DNA of 64,000 bases from a virus. Positions 1-10,451 of the stretch are shown in pieces. The stretch covers positions 64,001 to 128,000 of IMG/VR virus record IMGVR_UViG_3300047557_002951. One strand, written 5' to 3'. Position 1 is the stretch's first letter. The number at the start of each line of letters is the position of its first letter. Below the pieces are notes generated by a model, which was given only the letters and a program-made list of their open reading frames with translations, had not been told where the DNA came from and did no database searches. Position numbers and translations under genes: made by a program.

Positions 1-1847
1 TCTTTTTGGTAAGTAATCCCATCAGATCCATCCATTACGATGGTCGCAGAATATGTTGTAGATATTCCAGAACTTGAAAGGATTAAGTTAAGTTGATCGT
101 TTTGTTTTGCACCAATTCTATAACCATCGATAACACCAATTGGTCTAGAATTTTCATTAGTTTGATTATAAAGATAAAGTCTAGAACTATTTCCGACACT
201 TACAGTTTTAGCAACATCAATTGAATCAAATTCAATTGTTATATTAGATGAAGTAATCTCTTTTGGTGGTACGATGTGACTAATATAACCTAGATCATCA
301 CGAATGAATTTATCGTCTCTAAATCCTTTTGATAAGAGAGACTTTGCGCCAAAGTTTGAGTTAGAATTAGTGATGGACATATCACCACCACTATCTGCTT
401 CAAAGTGTTGTGAATATCCAATCGCAAAGATAGATACGCATTGAATAAATGCATTATTACTTGCTTTAATATGATATGACTCATATGATGGTTTATATCT
501 AGCAAGAGAATCAGAGTAGATATTTGCTACATTTGTGGTATCAATGTATTTTCCAGTTGTTGGATCATACTTTACAAAAGCATTGTTGTCCTTTTGGAGA
601 GAGATGCCCGTGAACTGAGCAACAACCATACTCTTAAATCCAGTCACAGAATTACCATCTGCGTGCATTCCACAGAGTCCGTAAACAGATCGCAATGAAC
701 AGTTGAAGATATATGGTGATGCTGATGTAACAGTATCTACTACAATGTTAAGTGTTCCTTGTCCAAAAACAGAATCAATGCCAGTTGGTGGTGGATTTGA
801 TGTTGCATATTTGATTTCAGTATCGCTTACAACTTCCTTAACTACATACTGACCATTAAAGGTGCTAATGCCAACACTATTGATACGAATTGGAGTATCA
901 ACATCAAGCCCAGTAACCTCTTGCGCTAATGTTACGGTAATTTCTGTTCTATCTCCACCACCTACTCCATCTCCAGCACGGATACTTGAGATTCCAACTT
1001 CTTCGCCACGAGATCCAACAATACGATACTCATCAATTTTTGATTCAATGTCAACTACTGAGGGATAATCTGGTGATATTGATCTACCGCTTGAATTGCC
1101 ATAAGCAAGACCAATCTTTTCATAGTAAATGTCTAGATCAGTTCTATCTGTAGAATAAGTGTTAAATGCATCGTCAATTTCTACTGCATTTGCGCCATCT
1201 GCATATTCAAATGCAGTGAGTTTATTATGTGAAAAATTTGGAACAAATGTATTGTTTGTATAGTCTTTATAACAAACTCCATTTGGATTTGCGTCAAAAA
1301 TTGACATCTGCCAAAGATAGCAAGCACCTGTCAATCTTAAAATTGCAGATCTTCCAATATTATCATTCTCTGGGTCAGGAACATACTTTGGACGAATCTT
1401 TGTCTTACGAAGATCATATCCCACAACAGAAGTTCCTCTTGGAACTATTACACCACCGTGAACAGAATTAAACTTATAAAGAGCATTATTATCTGCATTT
1501 ATATCAAAGTTTGTCTGTAAGTCAAACTCATAAAAATCACTTGAAGTTGTTCCATCTCTCTTGAGGAAAGTAGAACCTGTGATCGGGATCCAGCCCGGTC
1601 TATTATCAATTAAGTGTTCACCTGGATATAGAAGAATTGTTGTGTTGCCAAACTTGTCATTATTTGGACCAGGAAGATATGAGAATCTTGCAGCTTCGAT
1701 CAGCGCACGCTGTAGAGTCTTAAATGGTCTTGCAGCACTAGTTCCATCATTTTCGATGGAATCGGTGGAGTCTAGTGCGTTGGGATCGACATATATGATA
1801 TTTCCTCTGACGCTACGAAGAAAATTTGATAATCTGGATAGCCCCAT
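1..1847 (-). CDS. Large virion structural / tail fibre-like protein (5' part; runs off window)
   Basis: Not in ORF track. ATG at 1847 gives MGLSRLSNFLRSVRGKIIYVDPNALDSTDSIENDGTSAARPFKTLQRALIEAARFSY..., the typical N-terminus of large cyanomyovirus structural proteins; frame appears open to the window edge. Confidence 0.8.
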   Translation of the reverse strand, partial: MGLSRLSNFLRSVRGNIIYVDPNALDSTDSIENDGTSAARPFKTLQRALIEAARFSYLPGPNNDKFGNTTILLYPGEHLIDNRPGWIPITGSTFLKRDGTTSSDFYEFDLQTNFDINADNNALYKFNSVHGGVIVPRGTSVVGYDLRKTKIRPKYVPDPENDNIGRSAILRLTGACYLWQMSIFDANPNGVCYKDYTNNTFVPNFSHNKLTAFEYADGANAVEIDDAFNTYSTDRTDLDIYYEKIGLAYGNSSGRSISPDYPSVVDIESKIDEYRIVGSRGEEVGISSIRAGDGVGGGDRTEITVTLAQEVTGLDVDTPIRINSVGISTFNGQYVVKEVVSDTEIKYATSNPPPTGIDSVFGQGTLNIVVDTVTSASPYIFNCSLRSVYGLCGMHADGNSVTGFKSMVVAQFTGISLQKDNNAFVKYDPTTGKYIDTTNVANIYSDSLARYKPSYESYHIKASNNAFIQCVSIFAIGYSQHFEADSGGDMSITNSNSNFGAKSLLSKGFRDDKFIRDDLGYISHIVPPKEITSSNITIEFDSIDVAKTVSVGNSSRLYLYNQTNENSRPIGVIDGYRIGAKQNDQLNLILSSSGISTTYSATIVMDGSDGITYQK

Positions 1848-1975
1848 CTTATTATCGCTAAAGTTCTTTATTACCTATTTAGCGATAATAAGTCCTCAAT
1901 CATAAGAACAAAACATAGAAATTAAAACAAATAAAAATAAAAGAATTAAACAAATTTCTAATGAGTTGATCATAA

Positions 1976-2016
1976 GAAAAAAAGCTCTAGGACTATCTAT
2001 AGTCTCGTAGAGCTTT
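1976..2016 (-). terminator. Rho-independent terminator
   Basis: aaagctcta...tagagcttt inverted repeat followed by T-run on minus strand. Confidence 0.65.
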
Positions 2017-2021
2017 AATGT

Positions 2022-2207
2022 TTACTTTTGTTTTGATTTCGCCATAGATTGAACTATATTTTCTATGTCTGACATTGCATCATGTAAATTAGGTTGTTGT
2101 CCAGATTCTTGTTTTACAACTGGTCGAGAACTATCTGTTACAGTGTATCTCCATTGTCCCATTTCTGGACACAACCATAAATTAATTTTCATTTTTGAAG
2201 TGCTCAA
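2022..2207 (-). CDS. Conserved cyanophage hypothetical protein
   Basis: INLWLCPEMGQWRYT...ESGQQPNLHDAM; overlapping operon arrangement. Confidence 0.6.
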   Translation of the reverse strand: MSTSKMKINLWLCPEMGQWRYTVTDSSRPVVKQESGQQPNLHDAMSDIENIVQSMAKSKQK

Positions 2208-2385
2208 GCTCTATCCAATTCCGAAGAGTTTGAAATGCACTAATGGAAGCATCTGTGCAATTATCATCTTTGAGTTTTTGAATATAATATTCAAATGCTT
2301 CAATTGCCATTTCTCGGTCTTTTTGTGAAATTAATGACATATTAATCGATAGGTAACATTTCTGGATTTGATAGTTCCAATTCAA
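2182..2385 (-). CDS. Hypothetical protein (real start probably MSLISQ at 2340)
   Basis: ORF in co-oriented small-gene run. Confidence 0.55.
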   Translation of the reverse strand: MNWNYQIQKCYLSINMSLISQKDREMAIEAFEYYIQKLKDDNCTDASISAFQTLRNWIELEHFKNEN

Positions 2386-2611
2386 ACATAAGAGGATGAC
2401 ACTCCTCCAAAATTAAATATTGTGAAGAACGGTGTAAATCTTCTGGTTCGTATCGCCTTTCATTATCAGCTAATTTTATGAGTTCCAAATCTTTTATGGA
2501 GTCATCTTCTAGTTCATCAAAAGTAAATGGAACTTGATTGATGAAATACATAAGAACGATTTGTGTCCCTTTATTGTACCAGACATAAGATGCATCAATT
2601 CTGTATTCCAT
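2342..2611 (-). CDS. Conserved cyanophage hypothetical protein
   Basis: IVLMYFINQVPFTFDEL motif; SD-like AGGAG upstream. Confidence 0.65.
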   Translation of the reverse strand: MEYRIDASYVWYNKGTQIVLMYFINQVPFTFDELEDDSIKDLELIKLADNERRYEPEDLHRSSQYLILEECHPLMFELELSNPEMLPID

Positions 2612-2638
2612 CAGATGTCTCCTATTACTTGATATTAT

Positions 2639-2845
2639 TTAGAAATTATTATTTACTGGATGATATTTCAAATATTCAAAAAAAGTTAGTTTCATTTCTT
2701 TGGTTGACATTCCACAATGTTTAGCTGCAATTGGGAGATTCCATTTTGCATGAAATAAATTTTCGTTCGCTTCGTTTACATTTTCTGGTGTCGTTTTCGC
2801 CCTCTCTTCTTTCAGTAATTTGTAGTTAATTTGATATGGGTTCAT
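2639..2845 (-). CDS. Hypothetical protein (small HTH-like)
   Basis: KWNLPIAAKHCGMSTKEMKLTF. Confidence 0.6.
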   Translation of the reverse strand: MNPYQINYKLLKEERAKTTPENVNEANENLFHAKWNLPIAAKHCGMSTKEMKLTFFEYLKYHPVNNNF

Positions 2846-2902
2846 TTTTAAAAAATATAAGACAAGAAAATTTAATGGGATTATTTTTATTAAAAATGAA
2901 AT

Positions 2903-3085
2903 TTAAAGTGGATTTGTATATGAGAGTGTTTCTTCATCCACAGTAGCACGAACAAAGTCTAACACATTCATAAATTCTTCTACAGTATCACAGGTCACTT
3001 GTTTCTCCGATCCCTCACTGGAGTACAGATACACTGTACGCTTGATAGGATCCACCACGCAGCTTGAAAGGTACTCGTCTTGCAT
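2903..3085 (-). CDS. Hypothetical protein
   Basis: ORF preceded by a TTGACA...TATGAT promoter-like element (3111-3139). Confidence 0.6.
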   Translation of the reverse strand: MQDEYLSSCVVDPIKRTVYLYSSEGSEKQVTCDTVEEFMNVLDFVRATVDEETLSYTNPL

Positions 3086-3160
3086 TTTATTGATTTTTGA
3101 TTACCTAGGTATCATAGCACGGTGCGGTGCTGGTGTCAAGCAAATTTCTGCTTTCAAACA

Positions 3161-4156
3161 TCAAACCAAATATTTAACAATAACAATTCCACTCCCACCA
3201 TTATTTACATCTGTTGGTAATCCATATGTACTTCCTCCTCCACCTCCACCAGTATTTGTAACGCCAGGTTGAATTAAAGAAAGATTAGTTGAAACAGGAT
3301 TTATTCCTTGCAAACAAGAATTACCTCCTCCACCTACTCCACCAAGTCCTTGAGAAGACCATCCCATTCCACCTCCACCTCCTCCAAAATATCGTCTATT
3401 GGAATCTGGTCCTGATGTTCCGACAGATGATGGATAGTATAAAAGACCTTTTCCAGATCCTCCAGCACCTCCAGAAGAACTACTTGGAGCTGATGAACCA
3501 TTTGACCCAGAACCACCACCACCACCTGCAGAAAACCGAGAGTCGAATGTAAATGAACCAGAACCTCCAGAATAACCTTGTGGAGGAGATACTGATGGAA
3601 CATTTCCCAAACCACCTCCTGATGCTTGTCTAAAGGCAGCGCCGCCTCCGCCGCCGCTTCCTCCACTACTACCACTAGTAGAAGTTCTTGCTGTTGAATC
3701 TGATTTATTAAGTGATCCACCGCCGCCACCACCAGCAGCAGTTACAAAAGAACCAAAAGATGATGATTGTCCATTTGTTCCTTGTCCAGGATTTGATAGT
3801 CCACCAGCTCCTCCATTTCCAACTACAATTGGAATTCTAACCTTTCCTTCTGGACACAATACTGGTGTTTGATAGACCGTTTCTATGACACCGCCGCCAC
3901 CGCCGCCGCCACCACAATCTCTACCGCCGCCACCACCACCACCAACAACTAATGTGGTAATAGTTTGAGGAAAATTCGATCCCAAAAAATTAATATTAAA
4001 AGTGCCTGAAGAAGTAAAAATGTGAACCTTCCAACTTAATCCCAAATTATCAGTAAAATTTCCTACAGATTGTCCTCCGGTTGCAGAAAATCTGGAAGAA
4101 CTAGAAATACCAAAACGATTTGTTATTGAAGTAAGAGAATTAAAAATAGGTGACAT
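3161..4156 (-). CDS. Glycine-rich virion/tail-associated protein
   Basis: VVGGGGGGG...GGGGGGG repeats ending GGSGIVIVKY, typical of the phage glycine-rich domain family. Confidence 0.8.
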   Translation of the reverse strand: MSPIFNSLTSITNRFGISSSSRFSATGGQSVGNFTDNLGLSWKVHIFTSSGTFNINFLGSNFPQTITTLVVGGGGGGGRDCGGGGGGGGVIETVYQTPVLCPEGKVRIPIVVGNGGAGGLSNPGQGTNGQSSSFGSFVTAAGGGGGGSLNKSDSTARTSTSGSSGGSGGGGGAAFRQASGGGLGNVPSVSPPQGYSGGSGSFTFDSRFSAGGGGGSGSNGSSAPSSSSGGAGGSGKGLLYYPSSVGTSGPDSNRRYFGGGGGGMGWSSQGLGGVGGGGNSCLQGINPVSTNLSLIQPGVTNTGGGGGGSTYGLPTDVNNGGSGIVIVKYLV

Positions 4157-4159
4157 AAA

Positions 4160-4771
4160 TTAATACCTTTGGTAGCCACCACTTACATTTGACAGTATTT
4201 TATAGTTAGTTGTTGTTGCTGCAGAACCAACAGTGTTAATTGCAGTGAAATTAAAGAAGTCATATCCAGAAGTATTACCTGTTGCAACAATTCCAAAAAG
4301 ATATGCGATATGTGTTTGAACTCCAACTGCAGCATTAGCACCAAATGCAACACCATTTAATGTAACACTTGTACATGCATATGCTGTCGTTCCTTGATTT
4401 ACAATTACCGAGAACGAAAGTATACGATTATCAAAAGAACTATCTGTTGGAATATTTACAACATTTAATTTAATGGGTCCAGTTGGATTTGAACAAATTG
4501 CTACATTTCCTCCACCACTATCATATGAGAGTGTTATATCATTTCCATCAAATATTGTTACTTTATCCGATGCAGAAGATAGTCTTAGATCGGTAACAGA
4601 AGTAATTCCAGAAACTAAACCATTAAAAATAGATACTCCACTGGTATTAATTGTTTCAATAGAACTATAAAGTTCCTGAAAATTACTATTAATCTTTACC
4701 GCGCCTGTTAATAGATCGTCGCCGGTTCCATCATTTGGTACTGATCCAGTAGATATTCCTTGATATGCCAT
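4160..4771 (-). CDS. Baseplate wedge / tail-fibre connector-like protein (gp9/gp10-like N-terminus)
   Basis: TGSVPNDGTGDDLLTGAVKINSNFQELY resembles the gp9/gp10 N-terminal DGTGD..R....KIN.NF.ELY motif. Confidence 0.7.
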   Translation of the reverse strand: MAYQGISTGSVPNDGTGDDLLTGAVKINSNFQELYSSIETINTSGVSIFNGLVSGITSVTDLRLSSASDKVTIFDGNDITLSYDSGGGNVAICSNPTGPIKLNVVNIPTDSSFDNRILSFSVIVNQGTTAYACTSVTLNGVAFGANAAVGVQTHIAYLFGIVATGNTSGYDFFNFTAINTVGSAATTTNYKILSNVSGGYQRY

Positions 4772-4788
4772 TTCTTAATACTTTTTAG

Positions 4789-5043
4789 TTATTTAGTTTC
4801 AGCAAGAATAAGATAGTAGCACTCAATGGGAAAGTTACTATAAGACTGCAGACGAACTTCTTTAATATCAACAGTTTTAACAACAATATCTTGGGATGCA
4901 CCACAAGCAGTTAGAGAAATTGTAATGGTCTTTGGATTTACAGTTTCTTCCCATTCCTCTGGTAGTTTAATAACAGTGTCATTAAATACTTTTCCTCTTG
5001 CAATCACAAGATTTTCTGTATCAGTATAAAGTGTATTTTTCAT
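4789..5043 (-). CDS. Small protein resembling the C-terminal domain of ORF 6450-7376
   Basis: IKLPEEWEETVNPKTITISLT similar to IELPEYWRGLVDSETITVNLT. Confidence 0.6.
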   Translation of the reverse strand: MKNTLYTDTENLVIARGKVFNDTVIKLPEEWEETVNPKTITISLTACGASQDIVVKTVDIKEVRLQSYSNFPIECYYLILAETK

Positions 5044-5047
5044 AAGA

Positions 5048-6463
5048 TCACAAGCAAGTTGTAGTTCCGTCTATACTTTGTTCGGTTTCTTCTATATATG
5101 CTTCAAGTTTCTCATATTCATCAACTCGATCACTTTCTCCACCAATTGATTGACGAAGACCCCATATTTTTAATGAATATTCCGATCTTTCTTTTCTTAA
5201 TGCATTTGCTGCATCAACTTTTGATTGTATACAATTAGATCCAGAAGAAAGCTTTGCTTCAGCAACATCTCTTGCCGAAATAGAAGATGTTAATGTATTT
5301 TCAATTGCAGTGCATCCACCTGGAGGACTAATTGCAGAATAAAGACCAGTCAATACTGGTGTTGTTATAGTTGTCCCTTCTGATTGAGGAATTCCTAAGA
5401 CAGAAGGTGCAACAGTAAATCCAACAATATTATAAATTCTACCAGCACCAACTTTTGGTTCTTTAATTTTTTCTCCTTTCTTTTCAATTCCTTCCAACTC
5501 AGGTTTCCAACTTTGTGTTGCAGGAGGTTTTGCGCTGTTATCATATTCAATGAATGTGCCAATACCAATTGTACTCGAATTCATAATTCCAATTGTCTGT
5601 GGAGAAAATGGATTCCTAGTAAATTTAACTTGATATTTAAATCTGGTTTTTCTTTGATCAAATGTGTCAGGATCAGTTACAACAGTAAATTCTGTATAGG
5701 ACCCATCACTTTCTGGCAAAGAAGAAAATCCAACTGTAAAATTTTCTAATATAATTGTATTTGTATCAAAAGAAGTAGTTGCGATACCAACAACTTCCTC
5801 CATTACAATTGTAGATATTCCGGTAACTGTTGTAGTGCCAAATCCAACTATTTTATTACTGGTCCCAGGAAAAACACCATTTTTTGATGATGTAATTAAA
5901 TTCCCAATGTCAAAAGTAGATATAAGTTCTTCCGATGATTGTGACATAACTGCAAGTATAGTTGATGCTGTTCCAACTACACCAATAAAACTTCCAATAG
6001 TAGTGTCGCCAATATCTTTCATATATGGTTCATCATAATATTTAATTGCATGTAAATTATCACCTTGAATTCCAGGAATTTCAATTACACCATCTGCATA
6101 TGTTGTAATTCCACCAGAAGAATCCAAAAAAGCAACAGAAGATCCATATCCAGTAATGGATAACTTAGTGACAACCAAAGAATAATCTCCAGTGCTTGTA
6201 TTAAATCCAACAACTCTCCAAAATAAATCAGTTCTACAATTACTGTCAATACGATCTTGATATGCAGACTGAACTCCAACTAAAGTATTATTGACAATTG
6301 TTATATCACCAAGTAAATCTGAGTCTATTGATTTAACAGCATTATCATAATCCTCTTTAAGAGCATCGGTAAGTAATATTTCTTCCTTATAGTATTCAAT
6401 ATTACTTAATTTTCGTTCTTTCTTTTGAGCAATATCTTTTTTAACTTTGTCAGTTAGTGCCAC
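5048..6463 (-). CDS. Virion structural protein (baseplate region)
   Basis: 471 aa; GIGT/GFGT-rich with coiled-coil ends; within tail operon. Confidence 0.65.
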   Translation of the reverse strand: MALTDKVKKDIAQKKERKLSNIEYYKEEILLTDALKEDYDNAVKSIDSDLLGDITIVNNTLVGVQSAYQDRIDSNCRTDLFWRVVGFNTSTGDYSLVVTKLSITGYGSSVAFLDSSGGITTYADGVIEIPGIQGDNLHAIKYYDEPYMKDIGDTTIGSFIGVVGTASTILAVMSQSSEELISTFDIGNLITSSKNGVFPGTSNKIVGFGTTTVTGISTIVMEEVVGIATTSFDTNTIILENFTVGFSSLPESDGSYTEFTVVTDPDTFDQRKTRFKYQVKFTRNPFSPQTIGIMNSSTIGIGTFIEYDNSAKPPATQSWKPELEGIEKKGEKIKEPKVGAGRIYNIVGFTVAPSVLGIPQSEGTTITTPVLTGLYSAISPPGGCTAIENTLTSSISARDVAEAKLSSGSNCIQSKVDAANALRKERSEYSLKIWGLRQSIGGESDRVDEYEKLEAYIEETEQSIDGTTTCL

Positions 6464-7376
6464 TTTGTTTACCTCTCATTTCAGTTCCTTCATATTCAAC
6501 TTCCAAGTCTGGAACATCTTTTCTTTTCCCATAAACAACATAACTACAATTTATTGAACCACCCGAATTGTTCTGAATAATCACTTTAGTTCCCCACTCA
6601 ATTGCTTTTACAAATAATTCTTGGTAACAACCATGTGGAGTTAGATTAACTGTAATTGTCTCTGAATCAACAAGACCTCTCCAGTATTCTGGGAGTTCTA
6701 TCGTCGTACTATCTATAAGTTTTCCTCTATAGTAAACACCAATTTCAGGACCTTCTAAACAAGTATGTACTAACCGGTGGTTTGGTTTTGTTGGGTGTGG
6801 TATATCAAACTGCTTAAACGGAGCAGCAACATTTGCGAATGTGCCAAGTTCAGCTTTACATATATCAGTTTTAAGTAGTCCATTTACAGTCACTATTCCA
6901 TTAAAAACTTTAGCATCTGACCTTGCTTCTGCACCAATTGCTGCTTTTGCTGCAGTAATTACTTCTGCCCCAGTTAAAGTCTTTGATCCAGTCCAGGTTA
7001 ATATCCCATATCCATTAGTACTTGGGGAAGAAATAACAATAGATGTTTGATTTGAAATACTAATTACCAAAGAGTTTATGTTTATTCCAACTGGACCAGC
7101 AATGTCCCCCAACATCACATCAATAGGAGTTGGCGGTAAAGTTTTGGAAGAGACCTTAAAGATAGATGGTGGTGGTGGCGTAAGTGCATCAACATTAACA
7201 CAGCGAGCAACCATCAAGTTTGCTTCTGCAGTAGGATATGTTAAAGGATTACCAACAATCATTGGTCCTTCAATGTATGCAGATCCTCTAATTTCAGTTG
7301 GACCTATACCAAGTCCAACAGGATCTCCACATCCAACAAATAATCTTTTTTCTACATATAAGTCTGGCGTTTTCAA
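6450..7376 (-). CDS. Tail/baseplate protein with C-terminal chaperone-like domain
   Basis: KQFDIPHPTKPNHRLVHTCLEGPEIGVYYRGKL motif typical of cyanophage tail proteins. Confidence 0.7.
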   Translation of the reverse strand: MKTPDLYVEKRLFVGCGDPVGLGIGPTEIRGSAYIEGPMIVGNPLTYPTAEANLMVARCVNVDALTPPPPSIFKVSSKTLPPTPIDVMLGDIAGPVGININSLVISISNQTSIVISSPSTNGYGILTWTGSKTLTGAEVITAAKAAIGAEARSDAKVFNGIVTVNGLLKTDICKAELGTFANVAAPFKQFDIPHPTKPNHRLVHTCLEGPEIGVYYRGKLIDSTTIELPEYWRGLVDSETITVNLTPHGCYQELFVKAIEWGTKVIIQNNSGGSINCSYVVYGKRKDVPDLEVEYEGTEMRGKQSGTN

Positions 7377-7380
7377 ATTA

Positions 7381-8043
7381 TCATCCTCCCAATTTACTTC
7401 TCAAAATTTGTAATGTTTCATTTAATGTATTAGATGAACAAGGTTTTGTTGCTCTTTTGGGAACTCCTGCCAATGCAGTTGATGCGCCATCCGCAAAATC
7501 TATAAGACCCCCATAGCAATTTAATATTGTTTGGCCTAATATGTTTACAGTGTCTTCTGAAACAATTTTTACCGCTGTACTTCCTTTTACATTAACATAA
7601 GGTGCTTCTATATTGACCTTTTCGTTTGCCGAAAGAGTAATAGATCCAGTGCTTCCATTATATCCAGTTGCAATTAGTTCAATATCTCTTGCCCAGATTT
7701 TTACCTTTGCATTGGGTGCGCCAAGCCATAAATCACCATCTACAGATTCAAAAAATATTCCACAGTTTTCAGGTTGAGCATTTGGTAAAGGAATACCAGA
7801 CACTGATTTTCCACTATTTACAGTATCACCTGCCTTGACATGAAAGGTTCCAGTAGAACGACAAACCGTTCCATTTTTTCTATGAGGTGCTCCAGTTGAA
7901 CACATTTCAATATAATGATTTGACTCATATCCACTTCTTACAATAAAAGAATCAAGTTCATTGTTCTCAGTAATATGTCCAAATTTTATTTCTCCATCTT
8001 TATTACCATATCTTATGGTATCGTAATTTTGTGGTTTAGACAT
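7381..8043 (-). CDS. Baseplate spike/hub-associated beta-rich protein
   Basis: Follows gp5; repeated ITLSA/VNIEA beta-strand pattern. Confidence 0.55.
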   Translation of the reverse strand: MSKPQNYDTIRYGNKDGEIKFGHITENNELDSFIVRSGYESNHYIEMCSTGAPHRKNGTVCRSTGTFHVKAGDTVNSGKSVSGIPLPNAQPENCGIFFESVDGDLWLGAPNAKVKIWARDIELIATGYNGSTGSITLSANEKVNIEAPYVNVKGSTAVKIVSEDTVNILGQTILNCYGGLIDFADGASTALAGVPKRATKPCSSNTLNETLQILRSKLGG

Positions 8044-10451
8044 TATTGAGGAACTCTAAAGAAATTTACATCAGGTGCTTTGCCAACACAATCAACAACA
8101 GAAATAATTTGATCCTGTATTCCAGGTTCTTTGAATTGATCTGCAGATACTCTATCTATACAGAATCTTGGAGTGAGTTTTGCATTGAATCCTGTTTCAC
8201 TTTCAATGTAAATATTTGGAACTTCTTTAAATCCTTCTCCAACAGATGTAATTCTAACTCTTTCTAGAGTTCCAAATGCACCAAAGGTAGGAACTGCCAC
8301 CGCACCATTTGAAGGTTCTATTACGATCTTATCTGTTTCTGTATAATTAAATCCAGAGTTTGCAATCTCAAGACCACAGAGATAAAGAATAACTGGATAC
8401 TTACCATCATCAAATCCAGGATAATCTCCTCTAACAAAGTCACTTGGTGCTTGTGTTGGTGCAGTTATCGTTCCTTGTGTATTTACTATTTGATATTTTC
8501 CTCCTATAATAGTCTCATTTCCTAGTTCTTCTGTTGTTCCATTAGGAAGTCTAACAGAATCTCCAGGAAATATTTCTATATTTTCCCCAGGAACATAAGG
8601 TCTGTCATATGTTCCATCTTCTCGTTGTACTGTTGTTTGGCCCTTTTCTGCCCAGACTCTTCCATCTCCACCAAGATCTCCATTAGGCGCTGACAAATAT
8701 CCACTCCCATTATCATCCATAATTACCCCAACAACTCCAATAGTAGTTTCTCCTTCAGTTGGTGTTGGTGTAGGTGTAGGAGTTTGTGTTGGTGTAAGAG
8801 TTTGTGTTGATTCTACATTTAATGTAGGCAATACACCTGATGTCAATGGATCATTAACTCTTCCAAGAACTGCTCTACCAACGGCACCTTTACCCTTACC
8901 ACAGGGATCGACAAATCTAACAAAAGGTGCTGAGGTATAACTTGAACCAGGAAGTGTTATATCAACTCCCATAATTTCTCCAGCAGCACTTATAATTGCA
9001 TTTCCTGCAGCACCAGATCCACCTCCACCAAAAAATTCAACTGTAGGAGGTCCACAAAAAATCGCACCAACATTACAAGGATTATTAAAGACATCTGAAA
9101 AATCCAAATCAAAATCAAAATTATCCGGATTTACCGATTGTGTGACATTAGAAGCAAAAGTTTTTACTTTATTGAACAGAGAATTTATATCTAAATTTAA
9201 TCCTTGTCCTGGGCCATCATAGATACTCCATTCTTTGATTTTAGAACAGTTTGGTGGATCATCACAAGATAAGAATGTAAGAATATCTTTAACTATTTGT
9301 AGAACATCTCCAACCAGATCAGCGGCACCCAAAATTGCATTTACTGGTGCCATAATTGCATCAAGTGCAGAACTAATCAGTCCGGTAAGTTTTCCGATAA
9401 GTCCTGCAAGAATATTTTCAGCAGCACATAAAGGAACATTTATAAAACGATCAACAGCACTCAATAAAAACTTAGTCAACATTGAAATCAGTTGACTAAT
9501 AATTTTTCTTATAAGACAATTAAACAAATTTTTTGATTTTTCAAGTGCCTCTTTTCCTTTTTGTCTTTGATATGGAAAAAGAAAATAGTATAGTTCCTTT
9601 GCAGCTCCCTCTATGTTTTGATCTATTCTTTCCTTTATTTTATTAATAAAATTTTTAAACCAACCAGATATACGCTGTGCAGCATTTTGAACCTTATATT
9701 GAATATATTCTTGCAGTCCAAACTTTTGACCATTCTCGCTGATTAATTCGTTTGTAAGTTTATATCTCCAATCATTGATTTCTTTTTTAACTCTCTCAAT
9801 ATCTTGGATTAAATTTTTTATTGTAAGAGCAACTCCAGTTAATTCTATTGGTTCGCAAGTTGATGTTGTTGGTATAGGTGTTAATCTCTCTTGGTCTCTG
9901 GATTGTGCATCGTCTTCAATATTTGTTTGTTTATCCGCTACCGCAGATTCAATGGTTGGTGATGTTTTCCCATCAGCAGATTTTGGAACACCAGTAGGAT
10001 CTACTGGAACAGAATATAGTGGAGTTGTTGATAATCCTCTTAGTGGATCAAATCCATTCTTTTGTTTTGCATTCAAATAAGTTTGACTATTATTACCAAT
10101 ACACCCAATAATAAGAGGTTCATTACCTTCACTGTCTTTGTAAACTCCAAAAACAACAGAACCTTGTCTTAGATTTGATGTTTGATAACTTGCACCATGT
10201 CCTGTTCCAGCAGTGACTGGATACATAACCTCACATAACTCAAGTTTATCATCAGGTAACTTGTTTTTATTTTGAGTATGTTTACCAACAATTCTAACCT
10301 TATATCTTGCTCCCCAACCAGGAAGTTGATCAATTGAAGACCACTTCTCAGCTAATTGATTTCCTTTCCAAGATACATCATCTACAATAATTCCCGTCCA
10401 CCACCTAACATCATCTCCAATTTTTTGAGTGTCGAAAAGATTATTTGTCAT
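8043..10451 (-). CDS. gp5: Baseplate hub subunit gp5-like
   Basis: N-terminal WWTGIIVDD...RYKVRIVGKH...G.VVFGVY.D...PLIIG OB-fold of gp5; position in tail cluster. Confidence 0.75.
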   Translation of the reverse strand: MTNNLFDTQKIGDDVRWWTGIIVDDVSWKGNQLAEKWSSIDQLPGWGARYKVRIVGKHTQNKNKLPDDKLELCEVMYPVTAGTGHGASYQTSNLRQGSVVFGVYKDSEGNEPLIIGCIGNNSQTYLNAKQKNGFDPLRGLSTTPLYSVPVDPTGVPKSADGKTSPTIESAVADKQTNIEDDAQSRDQERLTPIPTTSTCEPIELTGVALTIKNLIQDIERVKKEINDWRYKLTNELISENGQKFGLQEYIQYKVQNAAQRISGWFKNFINKIKERIDQNIEGAAKELYYFLFPYQRQKGKEALEKSKNLFNCLIRKIISQLISMLTKFLLSAVDRFINVPLCAAENILAGLIGKLTGLISSALDAIMAPVNAILGAADLVGDVLQIVKDILTFLSCDDPPNCSKIKEWSIYDGPGQGLNLDINSLFNKVKTFASNVTQSVNPDNFDFDLDFSDVFNNPCNVGAIFCGPPTVEFFGGGGSGAAGNAIISAAGEIMGVDITLPGSSYTSAPFVRFVDPCGKGKGAVGRAVLGRVNDPLTSGVLPTLNVESTQTLTPTQTPTPTPTPTEGETTIGVVGVIMDDNGSGYLSAPNGDLGGDGRVWAEKGQTTVQREDGTYDRPYVPGENIEIFPGDSVRLPNGTTEELGNETIIGGKYQIVNTQGTITAPTQAPSDFVRGDYPGFDDGKYPVILYLCGLEIANSGFNYTETDKIVIEPSNGAVAVPTFGAFGTLERVRITSVGEGFKEVPNIYIESETGFNAKLTPRFCIDRVSADQFKEPGIQDQIISVVDCVGKAPDVNFFRVPQ

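Noticed and set aside
290-1905. Short ORFs listed on both strands
   Set aside because: Shadows of the long minus-strand structural gene starting at 1847
3161-4156. GGC/GGT runs as DNA repeats or a DGR target
   Set aside because: Explained by poly-Gly coding; no reverse transcriptase or template repeat in the window
8755-8810. Thr-Pro repeat in gp5
   Set aside because: Ordinary low-complexity linker
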